Below, one piece after another: positions 14,149-28,358 of a stretch of 64,000 nucleotides of DNA; the first letter of the stretch is position 1; each line of letters starts with the position of its first letter. The notes under the pieces were generated by a model. It did no database searches and was not told the DNA's origin. It saw only the letters and a list, made by a program, of their open reading frames with translations. The DNA lies in assembly GCA_951406725.2 (NCBI GenBank), contig OX597815.1:176390001-176454000 (forward strand), written 5' to 3'. The DNA is from Octopus vulgaris (lineage: Eukaryota). Made by a program: the position numbers and the translations under genes.

Positions 14149-14219
14149 TCAAACCATTCCTGCCTCAAACTGGTCGACTCGTGTTTGCTGTCCTGCTTCT
14201 TGGTTGGGATCATCGAATT
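14149..14219 (-). CDS. Candidate terminal coding exon of an unidentified minus-strand gene ((E)FDDPNQEAGQQTRVDQFEAGMV*)
   Basis: Acceptor AATTTCAG| at 14221-14220; phase-1 start fits exon 32796-32883; TGA at 14151-14149. The polypyrimidine tract is weak. Confidence 0.4.
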
Positions 14220-14865
14220 CTGAAATTCATTTACTGCACCTTATTGCATTTCACTTCTTCGTTCGATTTCCTTATATGAATTTTTATATAAATTATCTCT
14301 TAGTTTATAAAATTTAGCTGTTGGCAATGGTTTAAGATTTTGAAAAAAAAAAGTTTTCATTTTGCTTTTGAGAATGTCTTGGTAGCATTCTTTAGTCTGT
14401 AAAAAAATAGAAAGAACTAAAATGAGTGGAGAAACAGGGAAAATACAGGCGTAAGAGTAATAATAATCTTAATTAAATGACACTGGAAAATTATAGAACA
14501 AGAAGTGGAAGCTTAAATCTATTGTAATTGAAACTGTAATAGGAATTTCAACAACATACGTTTCGGGGCTGGATGTCGGAAGAGACAAATGTTCTTTCCC
14601 TTATTGAAAACCTCAAAAAATCATGTCTAATTGATATGTTACCCAATGATTTATGCTGAATCAGAGGGAGAAAAAAATTAATTTTTGAGCACTTTCGGGA
14701 TGCAGGTTTGTTTAAAGAAGTCAAGAATGAAATTTTAAAATTTGAATTCCAAATTCATTTGGAATATTTCAAAGATTCCACTTCCTGAGTTGTGCTTTTC
14801 ATAGGTTCTGTCGATTAAGTATATTATCACTCCTGCTCCTGCGTTCTTCGTGCTACTTAATAATA

Positions 14866-15749
14866 CGAGGTCTGATGAATAAGTATCTGGACTGTATCCA
14901 TAGTAAGGACGCTAAAGCACGCAGAATATAGCTAGTGAGCAGAGATTGTCCTTGAACTCTGCTGTGCATGCGCACAAAGCTTTAAAATTCTAGCTCACTT
15001 CTGCTGTTCACAGCAGTGCTTGGAAGGAACCTGTGTAGCGTGTGATCGAAGCATGACAGACAAAGCTGTCATGACGATACCCACTTAAAGGCCTACGCAA
15101 AGTTGCAGAAAGTGTATGGAGAGGAGTGTATGAGTCACACACAAGTGTACGAGTGGTTCAGACGTTTCCAAGATGGTAGAAAAAATGTCAATATTGACGA
15201 ACGTCCTGGGAGACCCGCAATCAGCAGAACTGAGAAAAACATCTCATATGTGTGTGCAGGAGTGAGGAGAAAGTGTGGAATTACCATCCGTGAGTTATCA
15301 GAGGATGTGCAGATTAATTACGGTTCAGTGCAGTCCATTATTACTGAAGATTTGGGTATGGGACACATGTCTGCCAAGTTTGTGCCGAAACCGCTTTCAT
15401 TTGACCAAAAAGAAACTCGGGTTTCTGTTGCACAAGATCTCCTTGATTGTATCGAGAACGATGAACATTTTTTGAAAACTTTGCTTAGGCCTCTAAGCAG
15501 GTATTGCCAGGCATTTGGCAAACTTTTATGGAGATTCTCTGCTCAACTTTGTCATGATCAATGCAACGATCACATGCTACACACGTTCCTTCCAAGCACT
15601 GCTGTAAACAGCGGTCGTGAGCTAGAACATTAAACCTTGGCGCGCATGTTCAATGGAGTTCAAGGTCAATCTGTGCCAGGCGGCTTCCCTCTGCGTATTT
15701 TAGCCTCGTTACTATGGCAACAGTCCGGATAATTATTAATAAGACAACG
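14866..15749 (+). mobile_element. Non-autonomous mariner element with about 190-bp inverted termini and HTH-only ORF
   Basis: TA|CGAGGTCTGATGAATAAGTATCTGGACTGT ... ACAGTCCGGATAATTATTAATAAGACAACG|TA. ORF 15103-15633 (LQKVYGEECMSHTQVYEWFRRFQDGR...DERPGRP...ITIRELSE) is the mariner N-terminal DNA-binding region; no DD34D domain. Confidence 0.92.
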
Positions 15750-15809
15750 TACTTCACTTTTTTGAATTAGTAAATAGAATAAGCAATAACTTGTACATCT
15801 TCATAGTTT

Positions 15810-15846
<37 letters not shown>

Positions 15847-15855
<9 letters not shown>

Positions 15856-15923
15856 TAAGAGAATGGTCACTATGTGGCTCATTCTAGCACACAAAAATAG
15901 TGACCATTCTCTTATATTTATTT
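15847..15923. repeat. Fold-back hairpin (27-bp arms) abutting (TA)n
   Basis: AAATAAATATAAGAGAATGGTCACTAT / ATAGTGACCATTCTCTTATATTTATTT. Confidence 0.9.
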
Positions 15924-16044
15924 TTGTATAAAATATTATAATATATTATAAAATATTATAATAATCCAGGTTTCTCGAGGCACTGGGCCACTTGGTGTTG
16001 AATAGATAAATTAAATTAGTATCTAATTCTCTCACCCTTATTAA

Positions 16045-16081
<37 letters not shown>

Positions 16082-16086
<5 letters not shown>

Positions 16087-16182
16087 GTAAATGTAATATG
16101 TGACAATTATTCGGTAGCCATGATAAAACTGGGAGTTTTATCATGGCTACCGAATAATTGTCACATATTACATTTACAGATA
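16082..16182. repeat. Perfect palindrome (49-bp arms, GGG loop) abutting (TA)n
   Basis: TATCTGTAAATGTAATATGTGACAATTATTCGGTAGCCATGATAAAACT-GGG-AGTTTTATCATGGCTACCGAATAATTGTCACATATTACATTTACAGATA. Confidence 0.95.
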
Positions 16183-16244
16183 AATTCCTCTATTTACATA
16201 ATATCGAGGTCTCTTTCCTTCTTTTGTTGTCTTACAATTTTTAT

Positions 16245-16324
<80 letters not shown>

Positions 16325-17112
16325 GTATATTATATATATTCAGAACATATAACTAAGCATTCGTTGTAGCTCAATCGTGAGACAAGTTATGTGAGATGCT
16401 ATATCTTTTTCTTCCTTCCTATCTCTCGTTTCCTTAATCCTTCTCTGAAAGAGATGTTTTATTTCTTACCATCTATTGTTGTATTAATTATTATTATAAG
16501 TAGTATTGTGTATTATTTCTCAGAAATAAACTATATTTGGTGAAAGGTCGATGTTTGAATAAATATATGTAGCCTGCTTTTTAAACGTTTTCAGCGTTTT
16601 ACTGAATGGTAGCCTTGATCTTTCGAGTAAATGTGCGTCGATGCTCTGTATATGTTTGCGTGCGAGTAGGTATGTTGAATGGTGTAGGGTGAATGAGAAG
16701 AGAAAGTAGAAAGGAAGCACGTGAGTGTGAAAGAAAAGCATAAACACAGAAATAATCAAGAGATAGGATAGACAGAAGAGAAATGAAAATGGAGCGAAAT
16801 AGAATAAGGAGAAGGTGAGGAAATCGTATAGAAAGAGAAGATTCTTGTCGGAAATCAGTTGAGAAAAAAAAAAAAAGACATGAGAAGGAGAGTGATATTA
16901 AGAAGCAAAGGAGAGAAGAGACGAAAACTGTCCATGGAAAATGGGGAATTAAGAATTTGCGAAATTTTCGTAAATAAGTGGGAAAAATAAGGGGAAAATG
17001 GAAAATCAGGGAAAAGTTTCCACATAATTCGTTTTTGCATTTGGTTGCAAGATTCTTGATGTGAATTCGTGTGTTGAAACAAATCTTGTGTTTTGGGAGG
17101 GTCATTATGCCA

Positions 17113-17322
<210 letters not shown>

Positions 17323-17896
17323 ACACGCACTGGTTCAATACCACTTCTTTATTGTTAGTAAAATTGGTTATATTTCTAACCAGATAATTAATTTATCGTT
17401 TGTTTAATGTGCTGGTTTAACAATCAATCGGTTATATATATAATGGAGGCGAACGCAGGTGTTGTTCAAATCACTTATTGTTCTGACATATATTTCGAAA
17501 AACGCAGTGAGATTTTTCCGGAGGGAATAAAGATGAGATGATTACATTGTTTTACATGTTTATTCCCTCCGAAATAATCTCAAAGCTTTTTTCGAAACAT
17601 ATGTTGGAATGGAAGTATAAATGATTTGAAGAACAACTGCGTTTGATTCCATTTCTTAATTTATCCATGTGATACAAAAACATTTCCCTTAACCCTTGGA
17701 ATTTTACCTTTAAATATATAAGAGATTTATGCAGTAGTGGTATGATAAAGTAGTTGTATGCTGTCAACTTAATGTGACAGTCCCATGAAGGGAATAATAG
17801 TACTGCTATTTAGCCCTAGGAAGCAACAACACTTTCCTGTATTCTTATGTTTACAAGGGCTAGATAGGCATCTCCAACTAGCAAGCCATGTTACTC

Positions 17897-17935
17897 CAGA
17901 CTGAAGACGAGCAATGACTCAGAAACTAGTCTCTG
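17897..17935 (+). ncRNA. Minimal type-I hammerhead ribozyme motif (canonical core)
   Basis: CAGA-CTGAAGA-C-GAG-CAATGA-CTC-A-GAAA-CTA-GTC-TCTG: stem I CAGA/TCTG, CUGANGA, stem II GAG/CTC, GAAA, palindromic ACTAGT stem III, GUC cleavage triplet. Confidence 0.75.
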
Positions 17936-17981
17936 AAAGCTGGGTTTGTTATAGATATTTGAGCAGTCTGTAATTGTCTCA

Positions 17982-18197
17982 CTGGTGAGCTGGCAGAAAC
18001 GTTAGCACGCCGGGCGAAATGCTTAGCGGTATTTCGTCTGCAGTTACGTTCTGAGTTCAAATTCCGCCGAGGTCGACTTTGCCTTTCATCCATTCGAGGT
18101 CGGTAAATTAAGTATCAGTTAAGTACTGGGGTCTATGTAATCGACTGGCCTCTTCCCCCAAACTTTCGGGCCTTGTGCCTAGAGTAGAAAAGAAAAG
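17982..18197 (+). mobile_element. SINE family A, full length, 10-bp TSD
   Basis: TSD AATTGTCTCA at 17972-17981 and 18198-18207; A/B boxes; AGAAA tail. Confidence 0.95.
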
Positions 18198-18207
18198 AAT
18201 TGTCTCA

Positions 18208-19000
18208 TTGGGATTCAGAAACTTGGGCCCAACACATCATTGTAGAGGACCTAGAGATATACGAAAATTCGAAAGATATTTAAAAGCGTATTAACCCGGT
18301 TCAGTCCTTTGAAGAAATAGAAATAGATTTCTTGAAAGATGAATGTTCTTATGAAACTATAAAAGGAGTAAAACTAAACGCTAGTCAATTGCTTGTTGCT
18401 ACATAAAAACAGACTAATTCTCTACCACCGGATGTGGAGTGTACTGCTATGAAGGGATGGATGAAAATATGTCTACTGATGATACATGTAAAAAAAAACC
18501 CCCATGAAACTATGAACTATTGCACATTAATGGGAAAATATGATTCTAGGAGCAGCGCATACGATAAACAGTGCCCCACATTCTGTTTGCTGTACCAGCA
18601 TCTAGACTGACCCTTCGATTATCCAACTGGAATCTAAATGAGAAACGAGCCATTGTTGGCAAAACTCGGCAAGCACCAAATACTGGCAGACATCTTCTCA
18701 TTAATAGCATATTGTGTAACTTTAGTTAAAATGAAAACAAGGAGGCAGGTTCAAATAGACTTTGAATGCAACAAATATATTTGAGAGAATCCGACTGTAT
18801 TTTGTGACCATCAGGCATTGCATTGCATCAATTGTCAGAAAATCTCTGACAATTTCTCTTCAAAATATCAACACAAAGAACTAAAAATAAGAATCTAGGA
18901 TAGACAAAAGAAATTGTGGCAGAAACCAGCAGACATTAATATAATGGTAAAGACAAAAGGAATTCGAAAATATCTCAAGTGAGCCACCGTGGAATTTGTA
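18208..19000 (+). pseudogene. Highly degraded R4/Dong-like non-LTR retrotransposon (post-RT region)
   Basis: Frameshifted motif remnants NWNLNEKRAIVGKTRQ (consensus W...E...D.KTRK), KQGGR (RK.GGRG) and W.K near 18915. Confidence 0.45.
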
Positions 19001-19238
19001 GACAGCACGCTGTATTATAACTTTAGATTTGTACTTCTGATTAGTGAACCATTTGGTTATGTAACAAACTGACCCTAAGCTAAACTTGAGAAACTGGTAG
19101 TCAGAAAGTCAGAAAGTAATCACCTTATATATTAATAATTAGAATAGTATGTCAAAAATAAAACCGTAATATCATATTAAATATTGCGAATAAGTACATA
19201 AATACATACATGGCCACCTAGTCGATTGATAATATATA

Positions 19239-19433
19239 CGAGGGGTGCTGAAAAGTTCTTGGCTTTAAGGTTATAGTGAAAATCCTGTTTGGAGGCCAAC
19301 ATTCTGAGTTCTTTTACGGGGCTTTGAAAAATTGAAGGACCGCTGCAATAAGTGTGTGAATCTGAGAGGGGAATATGTTGAATAAAATCATAATTAACTG
19401 ATCCTCCTGTATTTTCTTTTCAGCACTCCCTCG
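19239..19433 (+). mobile_element. Mariner-derived MITE (about 195 bp)
   Basis: TIRs CGAGGGGTGCTGAAAAG / CTTTTCAGCACTCCCTCG; internal GFEKLKDRCNKCVNLRGEYVE* matches the mariner transposase C-terminus. Confidence 0.85.
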
Positions 19434-19627
19434 TGTACACACACAAAAACACACACCTGCGTGTGTATGCATATATGTACATATAAATGTATGTATATAT
19501 ATATATATGTCTGTCTGTATGTCTGTATGTATCTATCTATCTAGCGATAGATACACTAACAGCGAGTTTTGCTTCTGGGTTGTTCTGTTAGTTAAGGTTT
19601 TCAAATTTTCTCGCAGGTAGAGAAATT

Positions 19628-19735
<108 letters not shown>

Positions 19736-21552
19736 ATATATATACACACATAAATACATAGCCTATTGTGCATTTCTGCATATATGTATTCAAACATATA
19801 TGAACACATTCTTATAAAACACGAAAGAAATAAATAAAAATATGAATTAATGAATTACAAATGCACAAGCAATACTCCATGGTGATATACGCGGTTATTA
19901 ACTAGAAATTTTAAGTTCATGTCACTCCTGTCTCTATTTCCTTCAAGTTCATTTTTATTTACGTAGACACATACTTGCATAAACTATGCCGTCTTAAGAA
20001 TATTTGAAGACTTCAGGTCAAAAAAATATATTAGGAATGCAATTCAGCTAACCCAAAATATATTGAAATTAAATTTGTTACTTATCTGATTTGCTGCATT
20101 TCATTGAAGAAAATTGCTCTATAATATGATATCAGTTTAAGAAGATGTCTTATTGTGTTATGAAAATAACCTATAAATTAAAGAGACTCATATTTAATCA
20201 GTCGTCAGTATGCCAATAAACCATTCAACTTTCAACAAAACCAAAGTTTGACTTATCGGAAAAAGAGTTTGTCACACATACTGACTATCACTGAGGAATT
20301 TGTTGTAACCAAGAAGATATTTACAATAGTCTTTAGCATATTTCGTTTTACATATTTTACAACACTTATTGCTGTTAATTATTTTTAAGTGAAGGAAAAC
20401 AGATTTCCCTTAATTTCGTAGGCATCTGCCCGTTTACTGAGCTAACATTTCATAGCGCTTAATAGGAAGGCATGCTTCAGTTTTAAAAGCTCCCTTTGTA
20501 AGTGAGTATCTGTTAGTCTGATCGTTCATATCTGAAAAGATGCACAATTAGCGTTCCTTTAGGTTGGTCTCCTTATTTCGAATTTGGATATCTACTTGTA
20601 GCTCTCACTTCATCCATATCAAGTCTGAAGGTTTCCATTTCTTAATAGATTTCAGAGACACGAATAGATCAATTTCAAGAAAAATGTCTTCAGCTTTTTC
20701 TCGAAAACCTTTATTTATTTTGTTTAACTTATTTTGTTTAACTCTATCTTCTCCAGTTTGAAGATAAAGAATCCATCTTGCTCGCATCTTGCGTTCCATT
20801 CGTCATCAATATTAGTTGCAAAGTCACACAATACGAGTTGAATGTTTTTTAAAATCAACATAAAGAACAATTACAGCATTAAAACGTATTTTTTAAAGCA
20901 ATCATTTCGTGTCACAGACTTCAATACAATTCTTTCGCAAGGATGAGTCAGAGCATTCGAACGAAATGTTGTGACTCAACTTTGTATGGAAAATAAAAGA
21001 GATAATCTCTGTCATTTTCGACTCCTTCCAAGTTCAGAATATTTCCATACAAGAAATATAAATACAAATAATAATTTAGATTTGGATCTGTGCTTGTAAT
21101 CCCGTGTGTTATTCTGACACATTTGAAGTGTTACCATTAAACTAAAAAAAAAACAACAAAAAACAGTTTTACTATAGAATATTATCGTGTGGGATCTCTT
21201 CAAACGTGTCTCTCAAAGTCTTTGCTGTGCAAGATGAAGATAAATTATGAGGAACTGTCGAACCAGTTCACTTCTATAAGTGTACTGCGCGGAAAGGTTT
21301 AGTGGCTCAACATATGGAATGTCACGAGAAGCGTCGCCACACATTGAATAAATATTGGGATATTGATCCTATTAGCATCATCATATTTGTGACATGCTAT
21401 GAACCACGAAACTGATTGCCATAAAAGTTTATCATGTCGAGTGCGAGTGTCTTTACAGCGGCATGGGATGAGGATTAGGCCGACCATCATGAATAGTATG
21501 CCTCTCATTTCATTCGGCGTAGCATATCTCTGATATTATCAGGGATGACTTA

Positions 21553-21754
21553 AGGGGGTGAGTTGGTAGAAACGGTAGCACGCTGGGCGAAATGCTTAGC
21601 AGTATTTCGTCTGCTGTTACGTTCTGAGTTCAAATTCCGCCGAGGTCTACTTTGCCTTTCATCCTTTCGGGGGTTGATTAAATAAAGTACCAGTTAAGTA
21701 ATCGATTTGCCCCTTCCACCATAATTTCAGGTCTTGTGCCTACAGTAGAAAAAG
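21553..21754 (+). mobile_element. SINE family A, 18-bp TSD
   Basis: TSD ATTATCAGGGATGACTTA at 21535-21552 and 21755-21772. Confidence 0.95.
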
Positions 21755-22449
21755 ATTATCAGGGATGACTTACCTCCACTCCCTAAAACACTAACTTTTC
21801 GCTATCTTCCAGAACTCTAATAATTATCATCAAAACTTGTATAAAATAGAAAAACACTTTCTGCTTGGTACAATTTTGTCTTAGCATTTTGCAAGGAAGA
21901 GGTCAAGTGAACCAGTTCTGTAGAGTCATAAAGATACCAAAACCAATCATTTCGATCCAGATACCACACTGTCATAAACATCCTCGTGGGTCTAGTTGGA
22001 ATGAAAAATACATAAGAGTATGACCTCAATCATTTATTTATGCATCAATTAATTTCAAAGTTTAAATGATATGTAATAGTTCCAAAACTGTTTCAATGAC
22101 GAATATATTCTAATAGTTTTACCTGTCTAAAAGCACTTCGCCGAACTTGATCAGACTGATGAGGTTATATTGGGAAGGAAGCGAAATTTCACCTCATTCC
22201 ATAGATTAATGTTTCATACATTTCTCCATGACATAAAACTATTTTGTTATATATCTCATACATTCCTTTATAGTAAAACGTATCATTTTATTATATAAAC
22301 TAAGAATGTTTTTATTATGCAAAAAAGCAATTTCTGCTTTTGCAAATGTACGTTTTCCCTTTAAAAACTTCGATTTAGTAATTTTACATATATTCTTTTA
22401 TTTCAGTTGTCTCGTTACTGAAATCCACAGAATATTCTCTTTACTTGAT

Positions 22450-22723
22450 AGCATGTTGTCAACTTAATGTGACAGTCCCATAAAAGGGAAGAATGCTCCT
22501 GCTATTTAGCCCTAGGAAACACCGTTTCCTGTTGGACTTGACACTTTGAAAACATAAGGACACAGGAAATGTGTCATGTCCAACAGGAAATGGTGTTTCC
22601 TAGGGCTAAATAACAGTATTCTTCCCTTTTACGGGACTGTCACATTAAATTGACAACATGCTATCACTTTATCGTGATGCTACTGTATTAATCTCTCTGA
22701 GAGATTTAGAAATATATTATTTC
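22450..22723. mobile_element. Fold-back insertion (about 100-bp arms, 22446-22666) with 17-bp TSD; related to the hammerhead-bearing element at 17720-17970
   Basis: TSD TATTCTCTTTACTTGAT at 22433-22449 and 22724-22740; arms contain TGTCAACTTAATGTGACAGTCCCA...GCTATTTAGCCCTAGGAA, also present at 17762-17822. Confidence 0.85.
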
Positions 22724-23699
22724 TATTCTCTTTACTTGATCACCAACATTTTCTCTTCAGTACATTTATCGACCTTACTTTAATTTACTAAAACTATTTT
22801 GTCTTTATCATATTCGTAGTATCTTAATTGTTTCAAATATTTCTGAAACTTAACGAGATCAAGCTCGGAATTACAATCGTTTTGTGATTATTTCCAAAGA
22901 TACTAATTAAAAGGCTCAACAATACAGTGAATCTTCTTGTTCCTTTGTTCTGCAGAACAAAGCATCTACATTGAGAAAGATAAGTATCACCGCTTATGTA
23001 AAATCTTGGAGTGTTTTATCATTTTTCCCTTGGACAGATATCTGATTGAGTAAACTGAAACAACCAGTATGTCATCCATTTAATAAACTGCCTCGAAGAT
23101 GCTTGAAAGTCAACAGAATAGTTAAAACGATTGATTGAAAAGCATTGAACATTATTAAATCTGGCAAGGAAACCAACACTCCCAAATATTTCCCATTACA
23201 TGATAGCACTTGAAACAATGTCAGATATCAATTTGATGAAGTCATATTTCATCAGTTTTGCCTATTATATAAAATTTGTTTTACAAACGACTCATTACTG
23301 GTTTGACTTTGCGTATAATGATTCACGTAGGATGCAAATCAGATCGGTGGGAAGGTCGCGGGTGGCTTTCGAGGCCAATATTGGACGGACAGGCTCCGCT
23401 GTAGTCACTGCTAGGAAATTTTGGTTTTGGGTTTGGTGTTCTTGTCTCAGTTCTTTAATTTCTTTGTGTCTGCCTACTCGAAGACGGATGAAAATTATTG
23501 GTGAGTGCTATGTCGCCAAGTCTTGTAATTGACGGTTGCATTAGATCAGTGGCGATGGTCAATGTGACAAGTACTAAAAGAATCCTTATACCTCTTGTCC
23601 ACTGCCCTAGATAATGGGGACCGGTGATGAGTTCACCTGCGATATAATTTTGACCAGGTTATGGTCCTCTATCCAGGAAATATTCTCCGCTTCTTACGG

Positions 23700-24100
23700 C
23701 TGCAATTTTAACTGCACACATTCAATGCTGTTGACTCTACAAATGCGAAGTCTTCAAAGTTGATAACAAAGATAAAATAGTAGAAGTCTGGGATGAGTCA
23801 GGGACGGCGCTGCTCACTCAAGAAATCGTAGGTGGTGAAAGTGAATAATCCATGACTTTCAGCTGTGCAAGAAGGTGGTCGGCAGAACGGCTCTGTACAC
23901 GGTGAGCTCTGTACCTTTCCTCAAATGTTTCTTGTTCCAGACTCTATTTTCGCCGTTTGTTGTCAACTGCTTCATTGATCTTGGCATACGACGAGATGAT
24001 ACATTCGATATAACTACACTGGCAGATACTGTGTTCACCGATCGTTGTACATCTCTTACTGACATGTGAACATTTGCTTTCCAGTCTGAAGAGATCGACA
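23700..24100 (-). pseudogene. Degraded RTE-clade LINE fragment
   Basis: RVWNKKHLRKGTELTVYRAVLPTTFLHS resembles the RTE consensus RVW...I...TK..VYRAVVL.TLLYG.E.W. Confidence 0.6.
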
Positions 24101-27100
24101 GCATCTACAAATCTGGATGTTATAGCCATGGAAGGAATGAGTTCAAAGGATTTTTTAAACACTTTTACAAACTGAAACAATTATGAAGTAGTGAATATAA
24201 ATGTTCTTCTACTAAAAAATACATCCTACAAGTCACTTTGGTCTTCTGTTCATTAGACAGTATTCTCTTGTAATATTGACCAAATAGTTTAATATTCAGT
24301 AAATGTATTAGAATTGTTGAAGAGCTATTCTCTGTCCGACATACTATTATCATGGTATTTCGTATCGAACCTAACATTACATATATTTTGTAAAGCCATG
24401 GATTACTATTAAAGACAGACTGGGATTGCTTTTCACTCTTCCAGCCCAACAAAATCAAATCCCCAAACATTGTGAATCCATTCATCATCCGACAATTTAG
24501 TCGATTACGTGACTCGAAAAAATTCAATAAGATGAGCGGATCATGTCTTTATTGTAGCTGTTCTTACGTGAAGCTGAATTCAACCCCAAAGCAAATAACA
24601 CAAAAAGAAAAACAAAGCACATTTCACACTGATGCTTCTACTCATGGTAGCTGGTCGTTTTTGCCTTGTAAAAACCTATTTCTATGTAGGTGAATAGTAC
24701 TCTGCCTATATACAACGCTATGTCGGGAACAGTATATGAATGTTATCACATGTAGTACAAAAGCAAGCATTGTGATAGCTTACGTCCTAAATATATTTCT
24801 GAGAAGTAAAAGGTGGACAGAAGTGGAATAAGACAGACTTCTATTCATATTAATTCTGCAATGAAATGAATGAAATGCCACAGCTGCGAACTTTCACAGA
24901 CTCCCTGCATCAGTTCGTCAATAGTATATCGCTGTAAGTATGAAATAGAACTTGTCTACTGATCCAACATTATTTTAACCCTTAGAATACGAAGTGAAGA
25001 GAGATTTTCTGTGAACTACGAATCTTGTTTCTATTTTGTTATCTGTATCTCCGACGACCGATGACTATTAGTTTATGCTCGGGAGGAAATCCAATCACAT
25101 TTGGATTCATGTCATTATACACAGCCACACACTTCCTCTACTCTCTAAGCAGCTACTGGCTATTGGCTATCTACCAATGTCTGCACATCAAATTAACTCG
25201 AAAACGTAGTCTGCAGCTGGTGTGTAAGCCTACACAACTCTTCATGAAAATGTACTAATAAGTAGCTTTTAGAATAATTAGATGAAAACATTTGCAAATT
25301 ATATGAAAATGTCGAAATGTATTTCTTGCATAAGATCTTACCATGTTGGCCAATATTGAAATTTTGGAACTTACAAAAGCTTGATGTTATTGCTTTTGGC
25401 TTTTAGAAATTAAGAATTTTTTAAAGTATCACTGGTAATGTCTGGGGAAATTACTGGAACGTCTGAAATTTTGCTGTTATAGAATGTAAACCATTTGGTG
25501 GAGCATTATCTTACAAGCAGCATTAGTCGCGAATTGAAATACAGGTGTTTCTCTTAACCAAGAAGTTCACATGTATATTTATTACATCTATTATGGTAGT
25601 TAACTAAATCAAATTATATTTTTCACCTTCTTTAACAAAAATATCTGAAGAGGCAATCAATGTAAATAAACTAAAGGGACTAATGGAAAATGATGGACAA
25701 TTTTATGTTTGTATTCTAAAACTTACTTCTGTTACAGGAATCATAATTTGGACATTGCGTGATCTAAATTATTCATAAGTATGAATAGCTGAGTCAATAA
25801 TGTACAATATAACTACTGAATAGGTTGGTGGTTCATATCCTCCCACTGGCAATGCGATGTATTTTCAGCCACGACCTTGTAAACAGCAAAACACAAAATT
25901 AAGGAGGGAGGAATTTCAACAACTTCACCCAACCCGCTGACGAAATCTCCGCTCAAGTCCCACGCATATTGTCTGTAAAGTTGACGCAATGGGCATTGTA
26001 GTCGTAACTACAGGAAAAAAAAAAGATGGGATTGTTACAACTGAGACGATTTTGATTATAAGTCTGTGCAACCAGACTGTAGACAGGATTAAAAATGCCA
26101 CAAGTATCTCATGGTAAAAATTAGTGTAAGCAACAACAACACTGCGAAATCAAGGAGCTTTTCATTAGGTAGTGATTTGCATTTAAGCCCTGAAAAGATA
26201 AAAAGAATAATGGTATAAATTCCTTGCTTTCTTCCGATTGTTTGAACTTTATGTTTCGCCTAGGCGTTATATTATAGATGGAAACAATTTCTATATCGAA
26301 CGAATCATTGGAGACCTGGTGATTTCAAATGATTTGGCAGAGTTCAATATCAAGAGAGTATGTTTACTTCACCGCTATAAAATTTTTGTGTTTGAAAGAC
26401 TTTATTATCATAATTTTTATATTTATTCTTAAACATTTAATTATGTGTTTAAGTCGACTAGAGCACTAAAATATGTTAAAAATATATAAGATTTACGAGT
26501 ATGTACCGAAAACTATATTAGTATTATAAAATATTTTAATTACAATTTACGTCTACTTAATACGTTACAATGGTAAATACAATTCGAGGTATTTTTTTCA
26601 AGTTCATGCGCTTTAATCCAGAATAAACTGAATAATGTACATTACACTAATGTATAAGATAATCCCTTATTTATAAAACAGAACTACCACGAGAAATATT
26701 GAAAGGCACGTGAGTGAGATTTTGTATTCTGAAACGTACTTTGCTATTTATTCGATGAAAAGAGACTTTCTATTTTCAAAATGAAGACCCTTAAAATATA
26801 AGTAGTCAAGTGGAACAATTCCACCAATATTCTACAGCTAGATAAGTTTAAGGATTCTTTTTCCACTGCTCTAAACTATATCAAATGTTCAAGCCCACAC
26901 ATATCCATGCTGTCGTTATTCATGGATCAGGGATTTGGTATTGGTGGTGTACTTATGAATCAGGCTACAAAGGTTAATTTCGGAAAAAGTCATAAAATAT
27001 TGCATTAAAAAAATTCTATTTCAATACATTTAACAAATCGTCGCAGTACATACGAATACATATACACATAGACATATACACATATACACATGCACGCAAA

Positions 27101-27969
27101 TATACATACATTTACGGAAAAAGAACAAACAATCCGGAATGTATGAAAATTCTTTAATTCCTTCATTCCATTGTTTAATGATTTAATATTTCTGCTATAA
27201 ATTTTCTTGTTTTTAGAACACTTCGATAAACTGGGGTCGATATGATGGACTATAAAACCCGAAGCCAGTATGGCGGTATAACTGCTTTTACTGTTGCTGA
27301 AACATGTTTAGATAATATAAAACAATTAAACATGTTCGTAACTTTTTTCATTTTCAATACATACATACATACATACATACATACATACATACTTTTCTTG
27401 AGAAATTAGGCATTCCAAAACCAGAAAGGAGAAAGCTAATCCAAATACTACAAATCTAATCCATCACTGGAACTGTAAAAACTTTCTAGAAGTTTATCAT
27501 TTAAATATATATGAGCATGTCTAGATATGTAACTATATGCATGAGAATACATACAAAAAGCAAAACATACAAATATGAACATATACATGCATACACCCCA
27601 CTCTTGTTAGTGTTGAAATTCCAATGAAGGAGCATTGGATCTAGGTTAGAAACCGGCTCCTTCTCTATTGGCAAGAAATCTTGAAATAAAACTGAACAAT
27701 GACATACATACTTAGGCATATGTGCATGTGCGTGTGTTTTCATAATGTATATCAGTTATGAGTTTCAAACGATGAGCTACGCATGTAAAAGGTCAGTAAA
27801 TGTTGGCTTGATTGAAAATGAAACAAAAACTCAGGTATTATTTTTAATACAGAGCTTATTAAGGTATATGTGCATAAGTAAACGAAACAATAACAGCCCC
27901 TTTTCCCATCATTGGCAAGTAAGTCTTAGCTTACACGGCCCTTTGTATATTTGATGGAATAAGCAAACG

Positions 27970-28358
27970 TCTCTTTTACTTGTTTCAGTCATTTGACTGC
28001 GGCCATGCTAGAGCACCGCCTTTAGTTGAGCAAATCGACCCCAGAACTTTTTCTTTTGTAAGCCTAGTACTTATTCTATCGGTCTGTTTTTGCTGAACCG
28101 CTAAGTTACGCAGACGTAAACACACCAGCATCGGTTGTCAAGCGATGTTAGGGGTGGGGACAAACACAGACACAAACACACACACATATATATATACGAC
28201 GGGCTTCTTTCAGTTTCCATCTACCAAATCCACTCACAAGGCTTTTGTCGTCCCGAGGCTATAGTGGAAGACACTTGCCTAAGGTGCCACACAGTAGGAC
28301 TGAACTCAGAACCATGTGGTTGGTTAGCAAGCAACTTACCACACAGCCACTCCTGCGT
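27970..28358 (-). mobile_element. SINE family B
   Basis: Colinear with 1128-1590. Confidence 0.92.

Noticed and set aside
20400-20800. Possible R4/Dong RT remnant on the minus strand (KKWKPSDL, ACLP)
   Set aside because: Too degenerate to support by eye.
21250-21510. Possible mariner catalytic remnant on the minus strand
   Set aside because: Only vague motif spacing; no convincing HDNA or YSPDL.
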